Shown: piece by piece, positions 25,906-36,489 of the stretch
Layout: each line of letters starts with the position of its first letter
How positions within the stretch are numbered: position 1 is the first letter of the stretch
Assembly (NCBI GenBank): GCA_001777665.1
Contig: MFEQ01000006.1
Coordinates: 128,880 to 192,879, forward strand
Length of the DNA stretch: 64,000 nucleotides
From: Candidatus Doudnabacteria bacterium RIFCSPHIGHO2_02_FULL_42_25
GTDB lineage: Bacteria; Patescibacteriota; Doudnabacteria; UBA920; O2-02-FULL-48-8
Direction of reading: 5' to 3'
Program-made: the position numbers and the translations under genes
Notes under the pieces: model-generated
Seen by the model: the letters and a program-made list of their open reading frames with translations, nothing else
Told to the model about the DNA's origin: nothing
Database searches by the model: none

Positions 25906-26418
25906 TTATTTTTGTTGAAATTTAATTTTATGTAATTTAAGCAGAACCAAACTCACCGCGGCTCCGATAATAGCGCCGACCAAAATATCAGATGGGTAAT
26001 GCACTCCGACAAAAATCCTAACAATGGATCCTAAAGTTGCGATTATGAACATTGGCCAGAACCAGCGTGTTCCCCAGAACGCAAATGCTATACTGAAAAA
26101 AATGACAGTGTGGCCGGATGGAAAAGATTTACCACTCCCTTCATCCACTAGCAACTGATGGACATCCAGGACTTCAAATGGTCTCGGTCGATCGATTAAT
26201 CTTTTAATAATTTCAACAAGTATGACACGCGAGATCAAAGCAGAAATAAAAGCGATGTAGACACGTTTGCGAAGGTTCCATTGTTTATTTGCTAACAACC
26301 CCCCGATGAAACCTAAGAAAATAAAAATCAAAACTGTTGCTAGAAAAATCCCGAAGCCATCGAGAAAAGAAGATTTTCCAGCTAGCCCATTGATTGCTTC
26401 AAATATAGCGTAGTCCAT
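25906..26418 (-). CDS. PAP2 family phosphatase (undecaprenyl-diphosphatase-like)
   Basis: KRLIDRPRP, SFPSGH, RIFVGVHYPSD. Confidence 0.92.
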   Translation of the reverse strand: MDYAIFEAINGLAGKSSFLDGFGIFLATVLIFIFLGFIGGLLANKQWNLRKRVYIAFISALISRVILVEIIKRLIDRPRPFEVLDVHQLLVDEGSGKSFPSGHTVIFFSIAFAFWGTRWFWPMFIIATLGSIVRIFVGVHYPSDILVGAIIGAAVSLVLLKLHKIKFQQK

Positions 26419-27653
26419 TATAGTCCAGGTGCGGGGAAGTTTTTAGTGAACTTTTTGATTTCGTCTTTAACTTTTGGCGCGACTAAAGGTTCAGTAATTA
26501 CTGCTGTAATCCACGATGCAATTTTACTCATATCTTTTTCTTTCATACCGCGTGAAGTAACTGCTGGTGTCCCAATTCGTATACCAGATGGATCCCATGG
26601 TTTTCGTGTATCAAATGGGATCATGCTACGGTTCGTAACAATCCCAGCACTATCAAGTAAATCTTGGGCTTGTTTACCCCCAATATTTTTGTTCGTCAAA
26701 TCCATAATCAACATATGATTATCCGAACCTCCTGAAACTAATTTAAATCCAAAATCCATCAAGGATTTTGCCAATGCTTTCGAATTTTTTACCACCTGCT
26801 CTGCATATTTACGAAAAGCAGCGGTATTCACTTCCTTCATCGCTACGGCCATGGAAGCAATAGCGTTTTCATGTGGGCCGCCCTGCATCCCAGGAAACAC
26901 CGCTTTATCGATGGCAACTGCATGTTTTTCTTTACACATGATCAAACCGCCTCGTGGACCTCGCAATGTTTTGTGGGTAGTAGTAGTGACGACATCGAAA
27001 AATGGAATGGGTGAAGCATGTACCCCGGCTGCCACTAACCCACCGATGTGAGAAATGTCTGCCATGGAAACAGCGTTGACATCTTGGGCGATTTCTTTAA
27101 ATCGTTTAAAATCAATTTCGCGAGGGTAAGCGGTAAAACCGGAAAGAATTAATTTCGGTCGAACTTTGTCAGCCATTTTGGCAATCTCTTCATAATCCAA
27201 TTTATGACTTTTCGGCGAAACCCCGTAGTGAACAAATTTATACTGTTTGCCAGAAAAATTCACAGGACTGCCGTGAGTGAGATGTCCGCCATGGTCCAAA
27301 TTCATAGCCATGACAGTATCCCCAGGACTAAGTAGTGCTGCATAGACTTCCAAATTCATCGGACTTCCCGAATATGGCTGGACGTTTACATGCCAATCAT
27401 CGGGTAAATGAAATGCGGCCTTGGTGCGGGCAATGGCCAAATCTTCGATTTGATCGACTATTTCATTACCGGCGTAATATCGTTTGTGCGGATAACCTTC
27501 GGCGTATTTGTTCGTTAACACTGATCCCAGAGCTTCGAGAACTTCGTCGGAAACATAATTTTCAGAAGCAATCAATTCCAAAACATCCGCTTGCCTTTTG
27601 CGTTCTTGTAAAATCAAACTATGCAGTTCGGAATCGTTTTGCTTAAGAGACAT
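26418..27653 (-). CDS. glyA: Serine hydroxymethyltransferase
   Basis: LIASEN, NKYAEGYP, TTTTHKTLRGPRGG. Confidence 0.98.
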   Translation of the reverse strand: MSLKQNDSELHSLILQERKRQADVLELIASENYVSDEVLEALGSVLTNKYAEGYPHKRYYAGNEIVDQIEDLAIARTKAAFHLPDDWHVNVQPYSGSPMNLEVYAALLSPGDTVMAMNLDHGGHLTHGSPVNFSGKQYKFVHYGVSPKSHKLDYEEIAKMADKVRPKLILSGFTAYPREIDFKRFKEIAQDVNAVSMADISHIGGLVAAGVHASPIPFFDVVTTTTHKTLRGPRGGLIMCKEKHAVAIDKAVFPGMQGGPHENAIASMAVAMKEVNTAAFRKYAEQVVKNSKALAKSLMDFGFKLVSGGSDNHMLIMDLTNKNIGGKQAQDLLDSAGIVTNRSMIPFDTRKPWDPSGIRIGTPAVTSRGMKEKDMSKIASWITAVITEPLVAPKVKDEIKKFTKNFPAPGL

Positions 27654-27654
27654 A

Positions 27655-28815
27655 TTATTTTTTAATTAAACTATATAACATTGTCAGAGCGCCGACAGCA
27701 ATAAAAACTTCGATGATTGACCCATTTGAGGTAAGAATCCAAATCGCCAACAATGCCGTGACGACTTTTCCGATAGCCAGACTAAACTCAAAAAATACCC
27801 CGTAGGCGATGGCAAAATCTGGTCCTCTGGCTCCTGCGATTTGAAAAGTCCGATGCAAAAGTGGTACGCCTATAAAGGCCTTGCCGACTCTGGTGAGGAC
27901 ATCGAAGATCACGACCCCACTAAACGAATTGGCGAAAATCCGGAAGACCCAAGTTAGTCCATAGAATACCGCAGCTGTTGGCAGTAAATTCAGTTTCTGG
28001 TATCGATCGAGTATCCGTCCTAAATATAACATTAACATGACTGCAATCACACTGGCAAACGTCACGATAATCCCAATTGATGAAAATTTCGGAACAATTG
28101 TAAAAATAAAAATCGGCCACAAAGTCATGAGCATTAAATCTTCAGCATAACCCCAGTACCCAAAAAAGTTCCGTGGATATAACCTGAAAATTCGCCAAAA
28201 ATTTTTAAATCGAAATTCGTGCCTGGTATAAATTTCTGGAGAAAGAAAAAGCGGATATACAGAAATCACAGTCAGAGTGGCCGCGCATACAAACAAAATC
28301 AGAAAACCAAATTGATACGAAATAAATCCCCCCAATATCGGTCCGAGGATCGCTGCGAATTCAATCACTGAAAATAATACGCCGACTTCCCGCCCTCGTT
28401 GAATTTTTACATTGTTCAAGGCAACATCAGCATTGTAAGGCGGCCAGAACAAAGATTTCTGGAATGCAAATAAAATCGGGGCGACATAAAACAACAAAGG
28501 TTCGGATTCTATACCATATAGCGTTAACCAATAAGTGATTTGAAAAATCGCGGCATAAAGCATAGCGTGCTTATAGCCAATGATGCTCGTGACTTTTGTA
28601 ATTGGAATAACAAACAACGCATACGCCACATAAACCATCAAATAAAAATACATTATATCGACCACCGAATAGCCCAAAGTAATTAGGTAAATTGGTTCGA
28701 AGATATATGCCAAATTTATGGCCAAATTAAAAAGACCGGTATTCCAGTAAAGTTCTTTTACTTCACGATTTAGTTCATGGGAAAAGTAATGATATCTTCT
28801 GGGTATTAAGAGCAT
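27655..28815 (-). CDS. MFS-type membrane transporter
   Basis: ~12 hydrophobic segments, RGREVG...ILGPILGG. Confidence 0.75.
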   Translation of the reverse strand: MLLIPRRYHYFSHELNREVKELYWNTGLFNLAINLAYIFEPIYLITLGYSVVDIMYFYLMVYVAYALFVIPITKVTSIIGYKHAMLYAAIFQITYWLTLYGIESEPLLFYVAPILFAFQKSLFWPPYNADVALNNVKIQRGREVGVLFSVIEFAAILGPILGGFISYQFGFLILFVCAATLTVISVYPLFLSPEIYTRHEFRFKNFWRIFRLYPRNFFGYWGYAEDLMLMTLWPIFIFTIVPKFSSIGIIVTFASVIAVMLMLYLGRILDRYQKLNLLPTAAVFYGLTWVFRIFANSFSGVVIFDVLTRVGKAFIGVPLLHRTFQIAGARGPDFAIAYGVFFEFSLAIGKVVTALLAIWILTSNGSIIEVFIAVGALTMLYSLIKK

Positions 28816-29476
28816 TTGCTATTTGTTTCTCTGTTATCGGGCCTACTCTTAATATTTTAGCATCTTTAATCATAGAAACCACTGTGGATGGTTTAGTTTT
28901 CCGGAGTTTGCCACCATCTAGGTAGAAATCGGGCTTTCCGCCAGCTGGCGGATTTGAACTTTGAAATTGCTTTTTTACTTGCTCCACCGAATAAGTATTG
29001 GGTTGTCCAGAAACATTGGCGGATGTCGTGGTGATCGGTTTACCGAACTTTTTCACGAGTTCTAATGCAATTTTGTTCTTCGGCCAACGGATGCCCAGTG
29101 TTCCAGTTCCGGCTGATAATTTTTTCCAAGACTTCCCTTTTGCCTTAAGTGGCAAAACAATCGTCAAGGGGCCTGGCCAAAACTTTCGGATTAACTTCTT
29201 CGCATCAGGAGTTACCTTCACAATCCGACTTAGCCATTTACTACCATACTCTGTAGTATGATAGTATTCGCCAGGGATTATTACATGAGTTGGCTTTCGA
29301 AAGTGACGGCCCTTGAGTCGATAAAGTTTGGCCACTGCTTCTGGATTTGTCGCATCAACAGCCAAACCATAAGCGGTGTCAGTTGGGTAAACGACGATAC
29401 CACCAGCTTTGAGGATTTTTACAGCGAAAATTATTTCCGCTATTCTTCTCCCCTTGCGGGAGAAGATGTCAGCCAT
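28775..29476 (-). CDS. tsaC: Threonylcarbamoyl-AMP synthase (TsaC/YrdC)
   Basis: PTDTAYGL, KGR, FWPGPLT, TTSANVSG, PSTVV; start uncertain (ATG 29476 lies in a repeat). Confidence 0.9.
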   Translation of the reverse strand: MADIFSRKGRRIAEIIFAVKILKAGGIVVYPTDTAYGLAVDATNPEAVAKLYRLKGRHFRKPTHVIIPGEYYHTTEYGSKWLSRIVKVTPDAKKLIRKFWPGPLTIVLPLKAKGKSWKKLSAGTGTLGIRWPKNKIALELVKKFGKPITTTSANVSGQPNTYSVEQVKKQFQSSNPPAGGKPDFYLDGGKLRKTKPSTVVSMIKDAKILRVGPITEKQIANALNTQKISLLFP

Positions 29477-29910
29477 TTCGGCTTTTGACAAGCCGGCTGA
29501 CAGATGAGGGGGAGTTGAGGTAGTCTTTGATTTTATTAATAAGCTGTTTTTCATGTTTAAGTTCACTATTCCAAAACCTAAGAACGATAAAACCTTGAGA
29601 TTCTAAATGCTTACCCCTTGTTGTATCTTTTATTTTTGCTTCAGCTTGACGGTGAGGATTACCGTCCAGCTCAATAATTAACCTTTTTTCAAAACAACAA
29701 AAATCAACTATGTAATTATCTATCCAAACCTGTCTTCTGAACTTATACCCCAGCTGACGATCTTTAATTAAAAACCAGAGTCTCTTCTCTTCAGGTGTTT
29801 GTTGCTTTCGTAATTCTTTTGATAACTTAGCCTTTGGCATATAACACCCTCATCTGTCCGAGCACAAATATATTCTTACAATCGGACATCTTCTCCCGTC
29901 AAGGGAGAAG
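29445..29910. mobile_element. DUF559 gene bracketed by inverted ~65-bp hairpin repeats (29445-29510, 29847-29910)
   Basis: Both repeats read ccctcatctgtc...gacatcttctcccg..aagg(g)gagaag in opposite orientation. Confidence 0.6.
29469..29840 (-). CDS. DUF559 (Vsr-like) endonuclease
   Basis: LRKQQTPEE..LW, KFRRQ, YIVDF, IIELDG..H, VLRFWN. Confidence 0.9.
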   Translation of the reverse strand: MPKAKLSKELRKQQTPEEKRLWFLIKDRQLGYKFRRQVWIDNYIVDFCCFEKRLIIELDGNPHRQAEAKIKDTTRGKHLESQGFIVLRFWNSELKHEKQLINKIKDYLNSPSSVSRLVKSRNG

Positions 29911-29922
29911 ATGATTTGTAAT

Positions 29923-32829
29923 TTACTTAACCACGAAATTTATCAATTTATCCTGAACGAAAATCTCTTTGACTATTTGTTTGCCTTCCAGGTGACGCTT
30001 GACGTTTGGATCTACTATCACTTTTAATCGAACTTCGTCTTGGGAGGTGCCTACAGGAAAATCCAAAGTCGCCCGAACCCGGCCCAAAACTTGTACAACT
30101 ATTTTTACGTTTTTATCTTCAGTCATTTTTTCATCAAACTTTGGCCAGGGTTGTGTATGGATAGAATCTGTCTGCCCAAGTTGGCTCCATAATTCCTCTG
30201 TGATGTGGGGAGCGAAAGGTGCTAGTAAAATCAAAAATGTTTCCCAGTTTGCTTTCGACATCTGTTTATTTTCATTCAGGAATTCCATAAACGCCGCAAT
30301 TGATGTGTTGAATTTAAAATTCGGAATATCTGAAGTGATTTTTTTGATGAGTTTGTGTAACCCCATCTCGACCGACGGGAGAGATCGCTCTTGAGAGGGA
30401 TTTCTCACTTCGTTCGAAATGGTTCTAAAAACCTTATCTAAGAACCTTCTAGCGCCGATTAGACCTTTGGTATTCCAAGGCTGACCATCTTCAAACGGTC
30501 CCATGAACATTTCATATATACGCATGGAATCAGCACCCACACTTTCCACCACTTCGTCAGGATTGACTACATTACCCCTACTCTTACTCATTTTCTGACC
30601 ATCCGCCCCTTGGATCAATCCGAGATGACGAAGTTTATTAAAGGGTTCTGCAACTTTCACAAATCCAGCGTCAAACAAAAATTTTGTTAAAAACCGGGAA
30701 TAAAGTAAGTGAAGTGTTGCGTGTTCGGGTCCGATGACATAAAGATCCACTGGCATCCAATGATCGACTTTTGACTGTTCAAAAATTTCTTGGTCATTAT
30801 GCGGATCAGTATATCGCAAATAATACCAAGAAGAATCAAAGAAAGTATCGAGAGTCTCTGGTTCTCTTTTGGCAGGTCCGCCACAATTCGGACAACTAAC
30901 ATTTAAGAATTGTTCTGAACTGGCGAGCGGAGGCATTCCTTTGGGGCGAAAATCGACATCGTCCGGCAGAACCACTGGTAAATCTTTTTCAGGGACTGGA
31001 TGAATTCCACATTTTTCGCAATTGATCATCGGGATGGGCACGCCCCAATATCGCTGCCTGGAGATAGACCAATCACGGAGTCGATACTGAACTTTAGGTG
31101 TACCGAAATCTTTAGCCATTTGAGATCTAATCGTCGAGGAACTAACATCATTGTATTTCCCAGAATTCATAATCCGACCTTCGCGAGTATAAGGTAGTCT
31201 GCGATCACCTTCATCATTCACCACCCGAACAATTGGCAATTCAAATTTTTTCGCAAATTCAAAGTCACGCTCATCGTGTGCCGGGACAGCCATAATCGCT
31301 CCTGATCCATAAGTCGACAACACATAATCCGCAACCCAGATTTGAATTTTATCTTTCGTTGCCGGGTTAATCGCAAAAGCCCCAGTGAATACTCCGGTTT
31401 TATCTTTTTCTAGAGCAGTGCGTTCTAGTTCAGTTTTCTTAGCTGCACTTTCTACGTAGTTAACTACGTAGTTTTTCTGTTCTTTGGTCGTAATCTGGCT
31501 AACTAGAGGATGTTCTGGAGCCAAAACCATATACGTCGCACCAAAAATTGTATCCGGCCGGGTCGTGAAAACTTTTATTTTTGGTAAAACAACTTTGAGC
31601 AACTCTGGTTCTTGTAGATCAGTAAAATGTTGTTTAGACGCAGTAGTTTCAAAAAACCCTGAACCAAGCTTCTCTTTTAAGAATTTTAAATACTCTCCCC
31701 GTTTCTTGTCCTCTAACAAATCAGATACCACGGTTCGAAATTTCGTTAACTCTTTTACTTTCTCATAATCGATATCCCAACTAAAGTTTTTCCAAAACGG
31801 TCGTTCTATAGAGCCTGGGAATGTTTTATCAGTAGCAGAAGCAATCAAAATTAATCCCATAATACGACTGTTGTGTCTCATTAGCACTTTTTGCGCGACA
31901 ACACAACCTAAACTATGACCAACGATAATTGTATTCTTATCAATTTTACAATTTTGTAAAACAAAATTAACTTGCTCTTCCTCTTTAGGATCATTGCTAT
32001 TTGGCATTTCAGGAGCTTGAACTTTATACCCTTTACTCTCAATTTCTTGCTTCAACCAAGGAATAAAATTTTTGCCTGGCAAACCAGTATAGCCGTGCAG
32101 AATCAAAAAATTTGGCTCGGATTCAAAGTCAACTTTGAAATCAATATCAGCACCTTCAGACCGGCCGATCCAGTTCTTTTGCATTTGCTTCGTGGCTTCC
32201 GGCCAGTCCAGTCCGTCTAAGTCCGCGAGCAGTCTGTCCGCATAGTCCGTGATTTTGAGAAACCACTGTTCCATTTCTTTCTGGATGACCACTGTACCAC
32301 AACGATCGCACTTACCATCTATTACCTGTTCATTAGCCAGAACTGTTTGATCGTTTGGACACCAGTTGATTTTGGCTTTGGCGCGATAAGCTAACCCTTT
32401 CTTATAGAGCTGGATAAATAACCACTGAGTCCATTTGTAATAATCCGGGCTCGATGTATTGATTTCTCGATCCCAATCATAAGACAGTCCAAACATCTGG
32501 ACTTGGCGTTTGAAATTGGCAATATTTTCCGCTGCAACTTCTTTTGGATTCTTCCCGACCTTGATCGCATAATTTTCTGTAGGCAACCCAAAAGCATCCC
32601 AACCCATGGTGTAGAGCACTTCTTTACCATTGGCACGCGTAAATCTAGCATGAATGTCTTCCGCGATATAACCTTTCGGATGCCCGACATGAAGACCTGC
32701 TGCTGATGGGTAAGGGAAAGTTTCTAATTGATAGAACTTGGGCTTCTTTGAATCATCCTTGGCTTGATAAAGTTTATTATCTGCCCAAAATTTTTGCCAT
32801 TTTGATTCTATTTCTTTGTGGTTATACAT
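29923..32829 (-). CDS. leuS: Leucine--tRNA ligase with inserted alpha/beta-hydrolase domain
   Basis: FPYPS..LHVGH, TTRPDT, GAIMAVPAHD, KMSKS; start ATG 32829. Confidence 0.96.
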   Translation of the reverse strand: MYNHKEIESKWQKFWADNKLYQAKDDSKKPKFYQLETFPYPSAAGLHVGHPKGYIAEDIHARFTRANGKEVLYTMGWDAFGLPTENYAIKVGKNPKEVAAENIANFKRQVQMFGLSYDWDREINTSSPDYYKWTQWLFIQLYKKGLAYRAKAKINWCPNDQTVLANEQVIDGKCDRCGTVVIQKEMEQWFLKITDYADRLLADLDGLDWPEATKQMQKNWIGRSEGADIDFKVDFESEPNFLILHGYTGLPGKNFIPWLKQEIESKGYKVQAPEMPNSNDPKEEEQVNFVLQNCKIDKNTIIVGHSLGCVVAQKVLMRHNSRIMGLILIASATDKTFPGSIERPFWKNFSWDIDYEKVKELTKFRTVVSDLLEDKKRGEYLKFLKEKLGSGFFETTASKQHFTDLQEPELLKVVLPKIKVFTTRPDTIFGATYMVLAPEHPLVSQITTKEQKNYVVNYVESAAKKTELERTALEKDKTGVFTGAFAINPATKDKIQIWVADYVLSTYGSGAIMAVPAHDERDFEFAKKFELPIVRVVNDEGDRRLPYTREGRIMNSGKYNDVSSSTIRSQMAKDFGTPKVQYRLRDWSISRQRYWGVPIPMINCEKCGIHPVPEKDLPVVLPDDVDFRPKGMPPLASSEQFLNVSCPNCGGPAKREPETLDTFFDSSWYYLRYTDPHNDQEIFEQSKVDHWMPVDLYVIGPEHATLHLLYSRFLTKFLFDAGFVKVAEPFNKLRHLGLIQGADGQKMSKSRGNVVNPDEVVESVGADSMRIYEMFMGPFEDGQPWNTKGLIGARRFLDKVFRTISNEVRNPSQERSLPSVEMGLHKLIKKITSDIPNFKFNTSIAAFMEFLNENKQMSKANWETFLILLAPFAPHITEELWSQLGQTDSIHTQPWPKFDEKMTEDKNVKIVVQVLGRVRATLDFPVGTSQDEVRLKVIVDPNVKRHLEGKQIVKEIFVQDKLINFVVK

Positions 32830-32840
32830 GAATTCTCCTG

Positions 32841-32902
32841 CCCGCCCGCAACGCCTGAGCAAGACCGCAAGCAAAAAAATCAGGCTTGCGATGGCGGGCG
32901 GG
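32841..32902. repeat. ~62-bp palindromic REP-like element; inverted copy at 63057-63118
   Basis: cccgcccgcaacgcctgagcaaga...tcaggcttgcgatggcgggcggg. Confidence 0.85.
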
Positions 32903-32942
32903 CCATTTCTTTTCTATTTCTTTGTGATTATAAGCTTCCATA

Positions 32943-33764
32943 CTATCTTATATTAAACAATTTCTTCGCATTTGAGAATGTCTGGAATGCGACCTCTTCA
33001 GGTTCAACCTTATTTAGCTCTGCAATTTTTTCGACAATATACCTCACATAACTCGGCTCGTTGCGTTTTCCACGGTATGGCGGAGGTGTTAAATATGGCG
33101 CGTCAGTCTCTGTCAGTAATCTATCAGCCGGCGTGTTCGCTACCACTTCTGCAAGTTTCCCGGTTTTATCAAAGGTCAAAATGCCATTCAGAGCGATGTA
33201 AAATCCTAAATCCAAAAACTTTTTAGCTATTTCCCAAGTATCCGTAAATGAATGTGCCACACCTTGCAATCCTGCATATTCACTTTTCAAAATTTCTAAC
33301 AAATCGGCATAGGCGTCTCTGCAATGAATAATCACTGGTAGTTTGTGCTTTTTCGCAAAGTGTAATTGTTTTACAAATTCCTCTTTCTGTTTTTTGATAA
33401 CAGATTCTCGATCACTATCTGAAGGCAATCGAAAATAATCCAATCCACACTCACCTACTGCAACAACTTTTTCTGTCAGCATCTGCTCGTAGTCCGACTC
33501 AACGAAAACTTCTGTTCGGGATTGAAAATGACTTTCTTCTTCGTCCAACATCTGCTGATAAGTATGCACTGGGTGTAGACCAATCGCAGCAAAAACTCCT
33601 TCCGGATAAATTTTCGCCACTTCAACTGCTAATTTAGATGTATCAGTTTGCGTGCCGACATTGATCATCCAAGTATTTCCATCTAGTGCTCGTTTGATAG
33701 TTTCGGATTGATCATCTTTAAATGCTGCGAAGTTGACGTGGGTATGGGTGTCAAAGTATTTCAT
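32943..33764 (-). CDS. tatD: TatD family DNase
   Basis: DTHTH, GLHP, GECGLDY, IHCR, ETDAPYL; start ATG 33764. Confidence 0.95.
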   Translation of the reverse strand: MKYFDTHTHVNFAAFKDDQSETIKRALDGNTWMINVGTQTDTSKLAVEVAKIYPEGVFAAIGLHPVHTYQQMLDEEESHFQSRTEVFVESDYEQMLTEKVVAVGECGLDYFRLPSDSDRESVIKKQKEEFVKQLHFAKKHKLPVIIHCRDAYADLLEILKSEYAGLQGVAHSFTDTWEIAKKFLDLGFYIALNGILTFDKTGKLAEVVANTPADRLLTETDAPYLTPPPYRGKRNEPSYVRYIVEKIAELNKVEPEEVAFQTFSNAKKLFNIR

Positions 33765-33781
33765 GAGGTTTATCGAGTTAT

Positions 33782-33921
33782 TCCCCCTCTTAGGATAAGA
33801 GATGCTCACTCCCTCATCAACCGCCGGGGGCTGGGATAGGGGGAGTTACGGTCAGAGCGTTAAACTGCAGCCTAACCCTTATAGATAACCCCTCCTAACC
33901 TCCCCTTATATTAAGGGGAGG
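33782..33921. repeat. REP-like CCCCTCC/GGGGAGG hairpin cluster
   Basis: cccctcctaacctccccttatattaaggggagg and related partial copies. Confidence 0.55.
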
Positions 33922-33946
33922 AACAACTGCTGCGTTTTTCAAATCT

Positions 33947-35383
33947 TTATTCAATCTTTTGGAACAACGGCTCTGGTTTCTTTATATCTCCACTTTCCAA
34001 AACTGCTTTAATTTTTTGGGCGGTCTCGGGTAGAACTGGTGCGAGCTTGAGTGCTATGTCATAAAGCAGTGCGGCCAAATTCAAAAGCAACTCTTTGACT
34101 TTGTCTGGGTGTTCTTTGACCAACTCCCACGGTTTGGCTTTATCGATCAATTGATTGGCCCAAGCAATCTCTTCCCAAATCCGAATTAATCCCCCGGCAA
34201 AATCAGAATTATAAAAAGCATCAGACGCAGCGGACAGATCCTTCGGTGACGCTACAAACTCTTCGATGTGACCATCCAGATATTTTTCTATCATGTTTGT
34301 GGTACGAGAAAACAAATTTCCTAGGCCATTGGCCAAATCGCCATTGAAACGAGCTTTCAATTTCTCTTCACTGACATCGCCGTCAGCTCCAAATGGAATT
34401 TCCCGCAACATAAAGTATCGCACTGCCTCGCTCCCGTATTTCGCCACCCAATCATTCGGGTCGATGGCATTGTCCAAACTTTTCGACATCTTCTCACCAT
34501 TGATCGTAAAAAATCCATGCGCAAAAACTCTTTTTGGTGTATCGAGTCCTATCGCCAAAAGTAGTGCTGGCCAGATAATACAGTGGAACTTGATAATATC
34601 TTTCCCCACTATATGTAAATCCGCTGGCCAAAATTTCGCAAAATTTTCAGGATCTGATCCAAACCCGACACCAGAGCAATAATTGAATAACGCTTCCACC
34701 CAAACATACACAGTTTGGTTCTTATCCCAGGGAATCGGAATTCCCCATTTGACGTTCGGTCGGGAAATCGCAATATCTTCGAGGCCTTGTTTGATAAACG
34801 ACAAGACTTCGTTCTTTCGGGAGAATGGACGAATTTCTAATTGATCTGAATCAATCAATTCTACAAGTTGTTTCTGGTAATCAGACAGTTTAAAAAACCA
34901 ATTTTTTTCTTTTAACTTCTCCGGTTTAGTTTTATGATCTGGACAAAGTCCGTTTACTAATTCTGATTCTTTAATATACGCCTCGTGCCCGACACAATAC
35001 AATCCTTCGTATTCGCCTTCATAAATTTTTCCCGAAGCTTTGAGTTGATGTAAAAAAATCTCCACTGCCGCTTCATGTTCTGGGTCTGTGGTACGGATAA
35101 ACTTATCTGGGGCTATGCCGAGTTGGTCAAAAGCCAAAGAAAATTGTGCGGCAACGGTGTCAGCAAATTCCTTTGGTGCCTTACCGGCTTTTTTAGCAGC
35201 GGCTTCAATTTTTGCGCCGTGTTCGTCTGTGCCAGTTTGAAAAAATACTTCTTCACCTAATTGGCGATGCAGACGAGCCAAAACATCCGCCGCAATCGCC
35301 GGATAAGCTGACCCGATATGTGGTTTATCATTCACATAAAATATCGGGGTCGTGACATAGAATTTTTTCTGCTCGTTTTCCAT
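33947..35383 (-). CDS. metG: Methionine--tRNA ligase (short form)
   Basis: PHIGSAY, GTDEHG, GKDIIKFH, KMSKS. Confidence 0.96.
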   Translation of the reverse strand: MENEQKKFYVTTPIFYVNDKPHIGSAYPAIAADVLARLHRQLGEEVFFQTGTDEHGAKIEAAAKKAGKAPKEFADTVAAQFSLAFDQLGIAPDKFIRTTDPEHEAAVEIFLHQLKASGKIYEGEYEGLYCVGHEAYIKESELVNGLCPDHKTKPEKLKEKNWFFKLSDYQKQLVELIDSDQLEIRPFSRKNEVLSFIKQGLEDIAISRPNVKWGIPIPWDKNQTVYVWVEALFNYCSGVGFGSDPENFAKFWPADLHIVGKDIIKFHCIIWPALLLAIGLDTPKRVFAHGFFTINGEKMSKSLDNAIDPNDWVAKYGSEAVRYFMLREIPFGADGDVSEEKLKARFNGDLANGLGNLFSRTTNMIEKYLDGHIEEFVASPKDLSAASDAFYNSDFAGGLIRIWEEIAWANQLIDKAKPWELVKEHPDKVKELLLNLAALLYDIALKLAPVLPETAQKIKAVLESGDIKKPEPLFQKIE

Positions 35384-35445
35384 AGTTTTCAATCAAAAAA
35401 GCCTTATTCAGGCCTGTTTATTATAGCAATTAATTCCAAACTTAA

Positions 35446-36477
35446 CTAGTCTGTGGATTCGGGGTTTTGCTGATTATCTTCCATCATATCAACGACAAAT
35501 ACTGAAATTCCAGAAATAATCGGAATGGCGATAATCGCGCCCATGATTCCACCCAAAGTGCCACCAATCAAAACTCCCAAAATAACTATCACTGGATTTA
35601 AGCCTACACTCCGACTCATAACCACAGGTACGATGACGTGATTTTCTAATTGTTGAACCACGACATAGAGAATCAGCACTGCTAAGGCCAAAGCTGGGCT
35701 TTGCAAAAAAGCGAAAAATATCGCCGGGATCGCCGCGATCACAGGACCGATAAATGGAATAACTTCTAACAAGCCGGCAATTAGGGCGAGCAACAACGCA
35801 AATTCAATTTTTAGAAATGTTAATCCCGCAAAAGTTAAACCAAAAATCACAGTGGATAAAATCAGCTGTCCCAAAACCCAAGCGCCCATTTTCCTTTGAA
35901 TTTTGTTAACAAGTTTCAATACATAAGCTTGGTGCTTAAACGGAGTCAGGTGCTTCACGAAATTTTTCATACCGTTTTCTTCTGCCGTGAGATAGAACGA
36001 AACGGCCAAGACCGTAATTACTGAAACAAACCCACTAAAGACACCTTTGGTGGTTTGAAACAATGTCCCAGCGAAACTGCCAGCCAAGCCTTTTATACTA
36101 TTCGAAATTTCTCTGCCGATCCCAGTTGAGTTCAGTGAGTCGCGATAGATACCGACTTTCTCTGTGAATTTCTGATAAAAATCTTGCTGACTTAATTCTT
36201 GAAATTGTTGATTGATCGGCGGCACCATCAGGTAGACTACCAATACAACCACTCCGACGAATAGCGCATAAACAACCAAGACGCTCAAGCCTCGAGGAAT
36301 TTTATTGCGTTGTAAAAAATCTGCGAGCGGGTCGATAGCGGAGGCAATAATAATGGAAATTATCAGGAGTAAAACGATTTCACGAATCTCGAACAAAAAC
36401 CATATGAATAGCAAAATCAGCGCTACTTTTAGTATCGTTAAAGTCGAGATATTTACTGTATTATTCCGCTCTGACAT
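35446..36477 (-). CDS. AI-2E family (PerM) transporter
   Basis: IPFIGP, QQLENH..P, GLNP..GG..GIMGAIIAIP. Confidence 0.9.
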   Translation of the reverse strand: MSERNNTVNISTLTILKVALILLFIWFLFEIREIVLLLIISIIIASAIDPLADFLQRNKIPRGLSVLVVYALFVGVVVLVVYLMVPPINQQFQELSQQDFYQKFTEKVGIYRDSLNSTGIGREISNSIKGLAGSFAGTLFQTTKGVFSGFVSVITVLAVSFYLTAEENGMKNFVKHLTPFKHQAYVLKLVNKIQRKMGAWVLGQLILSTVIFGLTFAGLTFLKIEFALLLALIAGLLEVIPFIGPVIAAIPAIFFAFLQSPALALAVLILYVVVQQLENHVIVPVVMSRSVGLNPVIVILGVLIGGTLGGIMGAIIAIPIISGISVFVVDMMEDNQQNPESTD

Positions 36478-36489
36478 ACCACAAGTATA

